Origin: a virus
Lineage: Duplodnaviria; Caudoviricetes
Virus record (IMG/VR): IMGVR_UViG_3300042475_004015
Span: 1-62,625 of that record
DNA length: 62,625 nucleotides
Reading direction: 5' to 3' (one strand)
Shown here: positions 19,375-28,268 of the stretch, one piece after another
How the letters are laid out: every line of letters starts with the position of its first letter
Numbering within the stretch: position 1 is the stretch's first letter
Position numbers and translations under genes: made by a program
Notes under the pieces: generated by a model
Databases searched by the model: none
Told to the model about the DNA's origin: nothing
Seen by the model: the letters and a program-made list of their open reading frames with translations, nothing else

Positions 19375-20066
19375 ATGAGCGAGTTTACCGACCTGACTAC
19401 AGCAGTGGTCCATAATAATATCACCTACACGATAAGGCTAGAGTGGACTGGCTTCTCCCCATTGGATAATGATGATGGCTTTTGGCCTTCTAACGACCCG
19501 GAGGATCCTGGCTATGTATTGCCACAACACTATGAGCAAGCATGTCAGCAAGCTCGCCAAAGGTATACTGCTTGGTCTAATGATGAATGGTACTTTGCAG
19601 ATGTTCATATAGATGCGACTATGACTGTAAAGCTTGATCTCTACACCGATAGACAGGTGATCTTCACTAGTGTGGCGATCATAGGCGGTGTAGAGTCAGA
19701 TGATATTGAAAGTATCTGCTGCCTGGCAACTGTGGGTTTACTACCAAATGCTATAGAGTATACCGAGCAACTGATCAACAAAATGGCAACTTTAATACGG
19801 AGCTAATCATGAAAGTTAAGCTGCATCACTATCTACATATTAAGGAGCAGATCCGCAACTCTGTGACAAAACAGCGAGCTGAAACTCATAAAAAGTTCCT
19901 TATATCAGAGGGCAGATACAAGTGTTTAGAGACTCGTTTAGTCTTTGACATCGCTTATATGGCGGACCTCTCGCGTTTCGTTAGTGATAACATCTACAGT
20001 TATGCAGATGATAGCCATTTAAAAACAGCCTACAGGAGGGCTTGTTTAGAGCTTGGTTTACTGTAA
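19375..20066 (+). CDS. Two hypothetical genes (19375-19806 acidic, 19809-20066)
   Basis: GGAGG and GGAG RBS. Confidence 0.65.
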
Positions 20067-20074
20067 ATAGTTAC

Positions 20075-20220
20075 TTTTTATACAGGTTAAGCTTTTTTAA
20101 GACTTACATAATAGCGGTTTTTATACAGGCCAAGGTTTTTTAAGATTTACATAATAGCACTTATTGTAAATCATAAGGTTTTTTAAGGTTTACATAATAT
20201 CACTTATTGTATAGGCTAAG
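20075..20220. repeat. Three imperfect 43-bp tandem repeats
   Basis: TTACATAATA at 20104, 20147 and 20190, each preceded by AAG(C/G)TTTTTTAAG. Confidence 0.85.
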
Positions 20221-20912
20221 AGTTTTTCAGCATAAAATGTAAATGTTGAAAAACCCTTGGCCTGTATAATAAATATAAACCAAATTTTCTACAGGCTATA
20301 TTTTAGGGTGCTAAAACATGTACAACATGAGGGGTCATTTGGTGATTTACATTTTGCGATTCTATGGATCGAATTTTTTAAAGTTTGCTATTCTATGGAC
20401 GCTTTGCTAGCCTATTTTGATCAAAATGTAAAAAGTAAGGGTTTTTTGGTTTGTATTAGGTTGTTGTTTTTAAAGACTATGTAAATCATAGGAAAATTTG
20501 GGTATCAATGAATCGCAAACACACACATTCGTTTTGCTATTCATTGACGAGTATGGATCGAATGTGTATTTGCTACAGGAAAATTTATAGTAGTATTTTA
20601 TGTTGATTTTTGGTTTTGTCTATTAAATAGCAGAGCATCCATTGTTAAGCAAACGAATAATACTTGGTTTTATACATAATAATATAAATAGTATATATAT
20701 ATCAATGTATTATTATTTTTTAAATGGTTTTTTGTTTACAGTCTGAAGCAAACGAGTGTGTTACGCGAAGGGTTTTTGCTATTTAATGGACGGGTTAGAA
20801 AATGGGTAAGTTAGTCGTACCTGTAGTGATAAGATAAGCCTGTAGATAGGTAGTTGATCTTTTGTTGTGAACAAGATAAGATATAAATAGATAAATTAAA
20901 TGGAGTACAAGT

Positions 20913-21749
20913 ATGAGCCAGTGTGTATTAAAAGCTATAGCGGGATCGCTGATAACTTTTTATGTAGTTATCGCGACTCCTCGCGAAATAAACGAACAAT
21001 CAGGGGTAAATTATGTTGATAAAAGCCTCGAAAGGGTCGAAAAATTTAAGCCTAGCATACGGGGTTACGAAAGGTTCCTAGGGAATACTAGGCTCGAATG
21101 CAAACCTAGTTCTGATGAACAAAAAATTCAGTGCCGTTAAGTCGTCCAACTGTAGTAATAGGGGGTAGTGATATGATTAAAAATTTAACCCATTTTCGAA
21201 AGTATATTAAAGATGGCGTAAAGTTTAAGGTATATGGATTCTTTAATGGCCTTGATAAAATAAACTCAGATTATGACCCTGTAGTTGGTAAGACTGTGAT
21301 CATAAAACGTCACAATCGAAGAGGTTTTGTTGTAGCAGATAATGATAAGGAGTATTGGGTACCCTATCCTTGGGGCCCTGGTTTTAAATGCGAAAAACGG
21401 CTTAATAAAACAGTAGTAATACTTTTTAGGCCTGGTCATAGTAGTGGTAAACATCTAATCTTGGAGTTAAATGATGAATGATTTTGGCTATATAGGTGGC
21501 GAGTTTTGGGAAAGACCTGAAATTAAAGGTTTTAAATTCTATTGGAATGTAGCTGTGATACTTAGACACCCTTTGTTACATAATGGGGCCCTAAGTTTAA
21601 TAGCAGACCATTTTAATATACCTAATTATACATTAGAAACTGTTGAAGATTTAGCAGATTTTATGGTAATCAATGGCTATTGTGATTGGTCCCTTAAAAA
21701 TGTTAGTAAAAATGTCTGGATTTTAAAATATGGAGAGAGAAATGACTGA
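20913..21749 (+). CDS. Three hypothetical genes (20913-21140, 21131-21481, 21471-21749)
   Basis: Co-oriented overlapping ORFs; GGAG RBS on the first and third. Confidence 0.55.
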
Positions 21750-21981
21750 AGTAAGTGAAAGACTGGAGAGCTACATCGAAAGATTAGAGAATCTACATGC
21801 AGAGATTAAAGACCTTAAAGGGGATATAAAGCTTGTATTAAAAGAGGCTAAATCAGAAGGGCTTGAACCAAAGGCTTTAAAAGCGATTGTATCCATGAAG
21901 AAGAAAGGCCTAGAAACGGTCAGGGAAGAGATGACCACCGTAGAGATGTACTGTAGTGCTATTGGGATTGAGATCTCCTAA
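21742..21981 (+). CDS. gapR: GapR-like (DUF2312/UPF0335) DNA-binding protein
   Basis: ERLESYIERLENL..EIKDL..DIK....EAKSEG...KALKAIV.M.K...R.E...VEMY..AIG. Confidence 0.85.
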   Translation: MTEVSERLESYIERLENLHAEIKDLKGDIKLVLKEAKSEGLEPKALKAIVSMKKKGLETVREEMTTVEMYCSAIGIEIS

Positions 21982-22419
21982 AAAGTGCCTTAAGGAAAAG
22001 GGCCTAGCCCTAAAAGGGCCTAAGCTTAAAAGTCCTTTAATAAAGATAACATAAAAGCCTGTAGAAAAAGCTACCATACAAGTAAAGTAAATATGGTTAT
22101 TCTCTACAGGCTTATTAGTAGGTAATCGAGCACTATAGTAGTTTTGTTTAGCACTAATTTATACAAGTTACCATTTGTAATATAGTAAAGATTATTCATC
22201 ACCCATGTTGGATTAACAGTAAATAAGTATAGGTTGTTTCCAGCAAATAGCACTGTTATTAGCTGAAAATAGATAGTACATAAGGATAGTTTTATAAAGG
22301 TATTTAAGTTCTAGTCTCTAGCTATGGATGTTCATTAAACATACCAATAATTATTTTTACTAACAGCAAGTAATTCTTACCAAAAATAAGTTATCAAAAA
22401 AAATCAAAGTACTAGAAGT

Positions 22420-22480
22420 AAATTGGTAGAGAGCTTTATGCAGGTGTAAGAAAAAATTGGTAGAGACAAATTGGTAGAGA
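22420..22480. repeat. AAATTGGTAGAGA direct repeat x3
   Basis: Copies at 22420, 22454 and 22468. Confidence 0.85.
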
Positions 22481-22527
22481 CCTTTTGTGGCGGTGACAGA
22501 GATGGCAACATATATGTGGGTTTAATT

Positions 22528-22600
22528 AAATTCATCATAAATTCATCATAAATTCATCATAAATTCATCATAAATTCATCATAAATTTATCATAAATTTA
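22528..22600. repeat. 11-bp tandem array AAATTCATCAT (5 perfect plus variants)
   Basis: Direct reading of the sequence. Confidence 0.95.
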
Positions 22601-22757
22601 TATCAATTTTTAATTAAATAATATCCCTAAAATATATATCAAATTTTATATAAAAATAATCATATATCAAAATGAATTTGAATCAACCTTTTTTGTGTGT
22701 TGTGTTGTGTGACATATATATATGTATAAATTTTTTTCACCCCCATACATTTTTTTG

Positions 22758-22855
22758 TTGCATCATGAAAAAAAATTTTTTAATGTGATTTTATTGATCA
22801 TCACACAACACACAATGATCATGTTCAACACAACACAAAATGAAATGACACAATC
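22758..22855 (+). promoter_or_regulatory. Island promoter 1 and leader
   Basis: TTGCAT-N17-TAATGT; leader ends CAACACAACACAAAATGAAATGACACAATC-ATG. Confidence 0.65.
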
Positions 22856-23290
22856 ATGAAAAATACACACAACACAAAACAAAAAAAACATTTAAACATT
22901 GTTTCAAATGATGAAACAATTTTAAATGATGTTTCACATGAAACAATTTTAAATGATGTTTCAAATGATGAAACAAAAATCAATTTAAATGAATTTCAAC
23001 AATTTAAACATTTTGAAAATATCAAATTGTTTATTGAAACAAACAAAAATGATTTTTTCAAATTGACACAAATTGCAAAATTAATACAATGTGATGCAAA
23101 AACATTGAGACAAAAATTTAGAAAAATTTATGCAATTTTTGATCAATCAAAATTGACACAAATTGTTGCATCACAAAATGACAATGAAAAATGGTTGTTT
23201 GCATTTAATGAAAAAAATTTATTAAATGTTTTGAAAATGTCATACATGCAAAATATAAAAATTGAAATGCAATTATTAAAAATTGCATAA
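22856..23290 (+). CDS. Island ORF1, HTH DNA-binding protein (no Pro or Gly)
   Basis: KLTQIAKLIQCDAKTLRQKFRK...KWLF; own promoter and terminator; N-terminal 30-bp repeats. Confidence 0.75.
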   Translation: MKNTHNTKQKKHLNIVSNDETILNDVSHETILNDVSNDETKINLNEFQQFKHFENIKLFIETNKNDFFKLTQIAKLIQCDAKTLRQKFRKIYAIFDQSKLTQIVASQNDNEKWLFAFNEKNLLNVLKMSYMQNIKIEMQLLKIA

Positions 23291-23305
23291 TCAATACATG
23301 AAATG

Positions 23306-23344
23306 ATTGTGTGATATGTGAAAATGTATCACACAATTTTTTTT
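23306..23344 (+). terminator. Intrinsic terminator of island ORF1
   Basis: ATTGTGTGATA-N10-TATCACACAAT plus T-run. Confidence 0.8.
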
Positions 23345-23364
23345 CATCATCATTCATTTTTTTG

Positions 23365-23456
23365 TTGCATGATGAAAAAAAATATGACATGATATAAACA
23401 TGATCAAAACAAAATGATCATGTTCACAACACAACACAAAATGAAATGACACAATC
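23365..23456 (+). promoter_or_regulatory. Island promoter 2 and leader (duplicate of promoter 1)
   Basis: TTGCAT-N17-CATGAT with extended TG; same leader end as promoter 1. Confidence 0.65.
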
Positions 23457-23921
23457 ATGAAAAACACAATACACATAATGAACACAATGAACATAAAACA
23501 CAACATCACATTTGATGTGAATGATGAAAATTTTAATATAAATGATGTTGATTTTTATCATAAAAACATATTTGATGATATGTATAATCAATATAAATTA
23601 AACATTGATAAAATTGAATACAATGAACATGAAAAAAATTTTTTTCATCATTTTATAAATTTATTTGATAAAAAACAATTTAATAAAATTGTTATTGATT
23701 TTTTGTATATTATGAATCAATTTTGTGAACAACACACAAAAAATGATAAAAACATTTTTTTGCAAAATGTTTTATTTGAAAATGATTTTTATGAATATAT
23801 CAATAAAATATGTTTTGACAATTTATGTGATATTGATGATTTGTTTTGTTTGATTGATCATCATGATGATTATAATGATGTTCAATGTGATATATTATTT
23901 AATAACATTGTAAACAATTAA
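23457..23921 (+). CDS. Island ORF2, acidic Asn/Asp/Phe-rich protein (no P, G, R, W, S or A)
   Basis: 154 open codons in very AT-rich DNA; duplicated leader; terminator. Confidence 0.7.
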   Translation: MKNTIHIMNTMNIKHNITFDVNDENFNINDVDFYHKNIFDDMYNQYKLNIDKIEYNEHEKNFFHHFINLFDKKQFNKIVIDFLYIMNQFCEQHTKNDKNIFLQNVLFENDFYEYINKICFDNLCDIDDLFCLIDHHDDYNDVQCDILFNNIVNN

Positions 23922-23978
23922 ATCAATGTATTCATGATGATGTATATTGTTATATAATGCACATTATGACAAATCAAT

Positions 23979-24017
23979 AAATGATGCAACACATAAAAAT
24001 GTTGCATCATTTTTTTT
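23979..24017 (+). terminator. Intrinsic terminator of island ORF2
   Basis: AAATGATGCAACA-N8-TGTTGCATCATTT plus T-run. Confidence 0.85.
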
Positions 24018-24091
24018 ATTTATATATATCAAATTTTATTTAATCTTTATACACATTTAATGTGTATTGCAACCTTTTAATAATACATACA

Positions 24092-24160
24092 ATTTAATAT
24101 ATATTTAATACATATTTAATACATATTTAATACATATTTAATACATATTTAATATATATT
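24092..24160. repeat. 11-bp tandem array ATTTAATA(C/T)AT x6
   Basis: Direct reading of the sequence. Confidence 0.9.
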
Positions 24161-24320
24161 TTAACCATCACTATCTCCCCATCCATACCACCCCCACACC
24201 TATTTATTGTCAAGCACAGAAATTAGGGGATAGATACAAGAGAAATTATTACTTGGCCAAAGTATTTTCACTTTTAGGTTCAAAAAATTATAAGGGGTAA
24301 ACCTGCTATAGGGAAAAATC

Positions 24321-24349
24321 TTGTATTTCTATATTTCATAGATTATGAT
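24321..24349 (+). promoter_or_regulatory. Sigma70-like promoter
   Basis: TTGTAT-N17-TATGAT. Confidence 0.55.
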
Positions 24350-24382
24350 TATCTATCACTAATCATCAACTAAGGAGTTCTT

Positions 24383-25336
24383 ATGTCACACGAAATCGAA
24401 ACTATCGCATATACGAATGAAGTACCTTGGCACGGCCTTGGGACTTATATCCAAGATGCACCCTCTGTAGACGACATGCTAATAAAAGCAGGACTTGATT
24501 GGACTGTAGTGAAAGCTCCAGTACACGCTGAACACGATACCGGCCTTGTATCAACTAACGAACATTTTGCTCTTGTTCGTAGCACTGACGGCAAAATACT
24601 TGACGTCTGTGGAAAACACTACATCCCAGTACAAAATCGGGACGCTTTAGGGTTCTTTCGATCCTTTGTAGAGGCTGGCGATGCTACTCTTGAAACTGCG
24701 GGTTCACTAAAAGGCGGTAGAAACATTTGGGGACTAGCTAACCTCGGTCAAAACTTCCACCTGAAGAACAACACATCCGACCAATTAAAGTCGTACTTGC
24801 TTATCTCTTCACCTCACGAGGTCGGTAAATCACTACAGATTAAATTTACTTCTGTCCGTGTAGTGTGTAACAACACGCTAACCCTTGCTTTAAACTCGGC
24901 TGCTCAATTCCGTATGTCTCACAGAGTGCAGTTCGACGAGTTCAATCAAGAGCGAGCTCGTGAAGTACTTGGCATTGCAAGAGATGAGTCTAAACAGTTC
25001 GAGCAAACAGCTAATCTACTCTCTACACAAAAATTGTCTCATGATGACATTATCCGAGTGCTACAACCCGTCTATCAACCTGACCATAATCCTGTAGATC
25101 TTATTAATAGTTCCGACAAGTACTTGTCACCAACTATTAAAGCGATCATGTATGCTAACGAAAATGCACCAGGTGCCGACCCCACCACTGCATGGGGACT
25201 GTTAAATGCAGTAACATACTACTCCGACCATGTAGCATCTAGGTCTGTAGATAAACGCATGTATAACGCATGGTTCGGCAAAACTGCTAATCATAAAGAA
25301 AAAATACTTAACACGCTAGTTTCTATGGCTGCATAG
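24383..25336 (+). CDS. DUF932 / TIGR03299 phage-plasmid protein
   Basis: VPWHGLG, AGLDWTV, Y.PVQN, ETAGSLKGGR, RVVCNNTL, TAWGLLNAVT. Confidence 0.92.
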   Translation: MSHEIETIAYTNEVPWHGLGTYIQDAPSVDDMLIKAGLDWTVVKAPVHAEHDTGLVSTNEHFALVRSTDGKILDVCGKHYIPVQNRDALGFFRSFVEAGDATLETAGSLKGGRNIWGLANLGQNFHLKNNTSDQLKSYLLISSPHEVGKSLQIKFTSVRVVCNNTLTLALNSAAQFRMSHRVQFDEFNQERAREVLGIARDESKQFEQTANLLSTQKLSHDDIIRVLQPVYQPDHNPVDLINSSDKYLSPTIKAIMYANENAPGADPTTAWGLLNAVTYYSDHVASRSVDKRMYNAWFGKTANHKEKILNTLVSMAA

Positions 25337-25357
25337 CATTCATTACTAACTATTAAC

Positions 25358-25391
25358 TATAGCCTAGTAAACCTTTACTAGGCTATTTTTT
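25358..25391. terminator. Hairpin terminator between convergent genes
   Basis: ATAGCCTAGTAAA-cc-TTTACTAGGCTAT plus TTTTT. Confidence 0.8.
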
Positions 25392-25716
25392 AAGGGTCGT
25401 TTTGGAAGTCTTCATCGTCTTCGTCATAGTCAGCGGGTAATACTGGAAGGGTTAATCCGCAATTATGACATAGGAGACTTAACGGATCCATGAGTAAATG
25501 GAATAACTGACATCCGCACTGACATTCTCGCCTTACGACCCCGTTACTAGGTGCTACACCGTATAATCTTCTACCTGTAGGTGTTCCACAATCTGGGCAT
25601 TCCACCAAGGCTACTCCGGCTGGTGAACAAGCTACCCATAAACACCCGCACAGGGTACAAATGGCCTCACCTGTTATATGCGGTAGTCGTTCGGTTAAAT
25701 CTACTATGTTAGTCAT
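25390..25716 (-). CDS. Zn-ribbon protein with multiple CxxC motifs
   Basis: CTLC, CPDC, CQCGC, CHNC. Confidence 0.7.
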   Translation of the reverse strand: MTNIVDLTERLPHITGEAICTLCGCLWVACSPAGVALVECPDCGTPTGRRLYGVAPSNGVVRRECQCGCQLFHLLMDPLSLLCHNCGLTLPVLPADYDEDDEDFQNDP

Positions 25717-25719
25717 TAC

Positions 25720-25881
25720 TTATCTCTTTACGATTTTACTTAGTAACCCTACTAATGCTAATAGTATTAAGATAAATATAGGTGTAAGTGTAGGTGAAAG
25801 TACCCACAACCAATTCCAGTCTATATAATCAGTAAGTTTAAGCGTTATAAAAACTAAAGTCAAAGCTGTTAGGAAATTCAT
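25720..25881 (-). CDS. Small membrane protein (53 aa, not in ORF track)
   Basis: FITLKLTDYIDWNWLWVLSP, a common phage LKL..I.W.W.WVL.P family. Confidence 0.75.
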   Translation of the reverse strand: MNFLTALTLVFITLKLTDYIDWNWLWVLSPTLTPIFILILLALVGLLSKIVKR

Positions 25882-25883
25882 GA

Positions 25884-26135
25884 TTACCTCTGTCCTATTT
25901 TAATAGCGATGTAGTAAAAGACTCTGTTACCTGACTTATCCTTAGACTGTGATAACATTGTGACAGACGAAATAAGCCCTTCATTAATTGCTTTATTTAT
26001 GCACCTTATGCTTATAGGAGGGGCTTGATATCCGTAGACAACTTTTTCACCTAGCGGTGCATTGTCTAAAAATTCATTAAAGTCTAATTTTGTTTTAAGT
26101 CTTTTTAGTTTTGTGATGTCGAGTTTTTTTATCAT
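25884..26135 (-). CDS. Hypothetical protein
   Basis: ORF within the minus-strand operon. Confidence 0.55.
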   Translation of the reverse strand: MIKKLDITKLKRLKTKLDFNEFLDNAPLGEKVVYGYQAPPISIRCINKAINEGLISSVTMLSQSKDKSGNRVFYYIAIKIGQR

Positions 26136-26225
26136 GCCCTGGTCCTAGCTCGTTTGTGTTATGATGTGCTTTAGGTTTTTCATGTGATGTTGTTAAGGAA
26201 AAAATGTTTTAGGTTTTTAAAATGT

Positions 26226-27116
26226 CTAAAACTCATCCATTTTCATCCTTAAAAACACTGGGTGACGAGGTTTATCTTTAACACCTATTGGGAAATGTTT
26301 ATAGGTTACAATCTTACCCATTAAACCTCTACGGTTATCCCAAAAGGTTTGTCTAATCTCGTCAGTAAATCCACTACCGATGCTGAACTCTACATCAGCA
26401 TAGTGTAGTGAATCGGGTAAACCTCGTACTAATAAATTGCCAAGTGTATTGCCGGGTCGCATATTTGCTTTGTGGCTTGAGCGTTCTTGCTTGCCGAGTT
26501 CATTAATAGTAGGAGGATTGTCGTTAATAAGCAATTCGTCATAGCCAATGATGACTGCTTCGCCGTCTAAGAATTTTTTAAGCTTAATCAAGCCATTCTC
26601 GCGAAGTGTTGAGCGACCGTTTTTGTAGGTACCATAGGGGTCACGGAGCATAACACCTTCGTAACCGTCTTGTAGGGTATCATGTTCATATTTTACTAAC
26701 TGTTCTACAGATCTAAGTATAGTATGATCCCATAACTTAACAGGACCATCTGTAGTTAGTCGAGTCTTTACTAAACCCAAGCGGGTGAGGTACTTCTCTG
26801 ATTCGCCTAAAAGGTCGAAAGCATATAAAGTTACATCAGGCTCGCCATCATGACTCATAACACCACTAGAGGTACTCCTGTAGGCATCATGGCTGTTTGG
26901 TTCGCCAACTATTAGTTCACCGTCAAAGCCCTCATATTCAGGTTTAGCGAAAAGTTTTTGCACATAACGATTAGGGATAGGCTTAAGTGATCTGCTGTAT
27001 ACAACACCATTTTGTATTGTGGCTCGTATACCATCTAATTTTGGGCTGGCTAGGTAAGGGAAATTTAAGTCGTTTAGGTCCTCAGCTGTCGCTGATAACA
27101 TCGGCTTCTGTATCAT
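26226..27116 (-). CDS. ATP-dependent DNA ligase
   Basis: SPKLDGIR, FDGEL, YAFD, EGVMLR, KLK motifs; OB-fold GSGF. Confidence 0.95.
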   Translation of the reverse strand: MIQKPMLSATAEDLNDLNFPYLASPKLDGIRATIQNGVVYSRSLKPIPNRYVQKLFAKPEYEGFDGELIVGEPNSHDAYRSTSSGVMSHDGEPDVTLYAFDLLGESEKYLTRLGLVKTRLTTDGPVKLWDHTILRSVEQLVKYEHDTLQDGYEGVMLRDPYGTYKNGRSTLRENGLIKLKKFLDGEAVIIGYDELLINDNPPTINELGKQERSSHKANMRPGNTLGNLLVRGLPDSLHYADVEFSIGSGFTDEIRQTFWDNRRGLMGKIVTYKHFPIGVKDKPRHPVFLRMKMDEF

Positions 27117-27663
27117 CTGTTTCTTCTCCTTTTTGTGGATATTTAGATATTAAATCTATAAGACATTTTTTAATGTCCTCAACGGGTTTTCCCTGTGGCC
27201 ATGACCATCCCACTACAGGTTTATGTATTCCACCACGCTTAAGTAGTCTTCTGGCCCGCTTAGGGGTAATGTTAAGGTCTTGTACTATAGCATGTAGGTC
27301 TACTAAATCTTGCACCTCTTGCTTAGTGGACTGTAGTGATGCTGTTTTAAGTTTGTGAATCTCTTTAGACCTATTAGGGGTGTATTCCTTCTTTTTAGGG
27401 TCTTGTCTCTTATCAGGGGATTGCTCTATATCACTAAATCTACCGCCTTTAATAATAGGTAGGCGTATAGTTGTGTTATCTTCACAGGTTATGGTCTCAT
27501 ATAAATCATGACCAAAACTAGAGATAGTTTTTCTTGAGACCTCAGGGCTATGCTGTAGTAAAGCTTTTAGTGTTTCTTTAGCCTCTGATAGTGTGCCAAA
27601 AACCCATACTTCTTGCTTTTTATCATGGGTTATACAAAACGAACACGCGGGGTTTGGTACCAT
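27082..27663 (-). CDS. Protein with C-terminal HTH
   Basis: LVDLHAIVQDLNITPKRARRLLKRGGIHKP..GWSW. Confidence 0.6.
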   Translation of the reverse strand: MVPNPACSFCITHDKKQEVWVFGTLSEAKETLKALLQHSPEVSRKTISSFGHDLYETITCEDNTTIRLPIIKGGRFSDIEQSPDKRQDPKKKEYTPNRSKEIHKLKTASLQSTKQEVQDLVDLHAIVQDLNITPKRARRLLKRGGIHKPVVGWSWPQGKPVEDIKKCLIDLISKYPQKGEETDDTEADVISDS

Positions 27664-27752
27664 AAATAAATCCTTATATACTGTTTACAAGTTATATGTT
27701 ATTATCTTATAAAGAAAGAGTCAAACAATGATCTCGTGGTTTGGAGAAAAAT

Positions 27753-28268
27753 ATGCCCGCAAGTAGAGGTTTTCATCAGAAAAGGCTGTCTATTAAAGAC
27801 CCCACTATTAAGGCCAAGTTTTTAAAGGTCTTAGCTGAGACTGGTCTACCAAAATTTGCGTCCACAGCTTGTGGTGTAGTATATCAGCAGGTGAGAAAAG
27901 AGATACGAGAGAATGCCGAGTTTGCTGAAGAGGTCGCTGAAGCCCAGGAGGAGTACAACGACACACTAGAGATGGAGATACACCGTAGGGCTGTAGATGG
28001 TTGGAACGAGCCTGTGTATAGCCAAAAACTTGGGGTTAAAATTGGTACTATTCGTAAATACAGTGATAAGTTACTTGAGCTTAAGGCTAAACGGCATATC
28101 TCTGCTTACCGTGAACGTAAGTTTGAGGATCAAAATGTTATAGCCGGTGTTATGGTTGTGGGTTTAGTACAAAATAGTCCAGACAAGTGGGTTGAACAGT
28201 ATAAAGACGCAGAGGTTCAATCTCTTGTTTTTGATAATAAAATGAAAGAAGTAGATTATGAAGACTAA
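27753..28268 (+). CDS. terS: Terminase small subunit
   Basis: KFLKVLAETG..., LEMEIHRRAVDG, YSDKLL; upstream of TerL. Confidence 0.8.
   Translation: MPASRGFHQKRLSIKDPTIKAKFLKVLAETGLPKFASTACGVVYQQVRKEIRENAEFAEEVAEAQEEYNDTLEMEIHRRAVDGWNEPVYSQKLGVKIGTIRKYSDKLLELKAKRHISAYRERKFEDQNVIAGVMVVGLVQNSPDKWVEQYKDAEVQSLVFDNKMKEVDYED

Larger units (their letters stand above)
22744..24044. other. CpA/TpG-only island (CC, CG, CT, AG and GG excluded)
   Basis: Base-by-base scan finds only AG 23108, AG 23120 and GG 23193. Confidence 0.92.

Noticed and set aside
20257-20484. 75-aa ORF in the repeat region
   Set aside because: TTG start, no RBS, lies in repeat-rich non-coding DNA
22744-24044. Island explained by restriction-site avoidance, CpG deamination or UV-dimer avoidance
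   Set aside because: GATC, CATG, TGCA and TGATCA palindromes are abundant; CpG decay would not remove CC/CT; TT is very common
22528-24160. CRISPR array or simple low-complexity artefact
   Set aside because: The repeats have no spacers and there is no cas operon; two long ORFs with promoters and terminators argue against artefact
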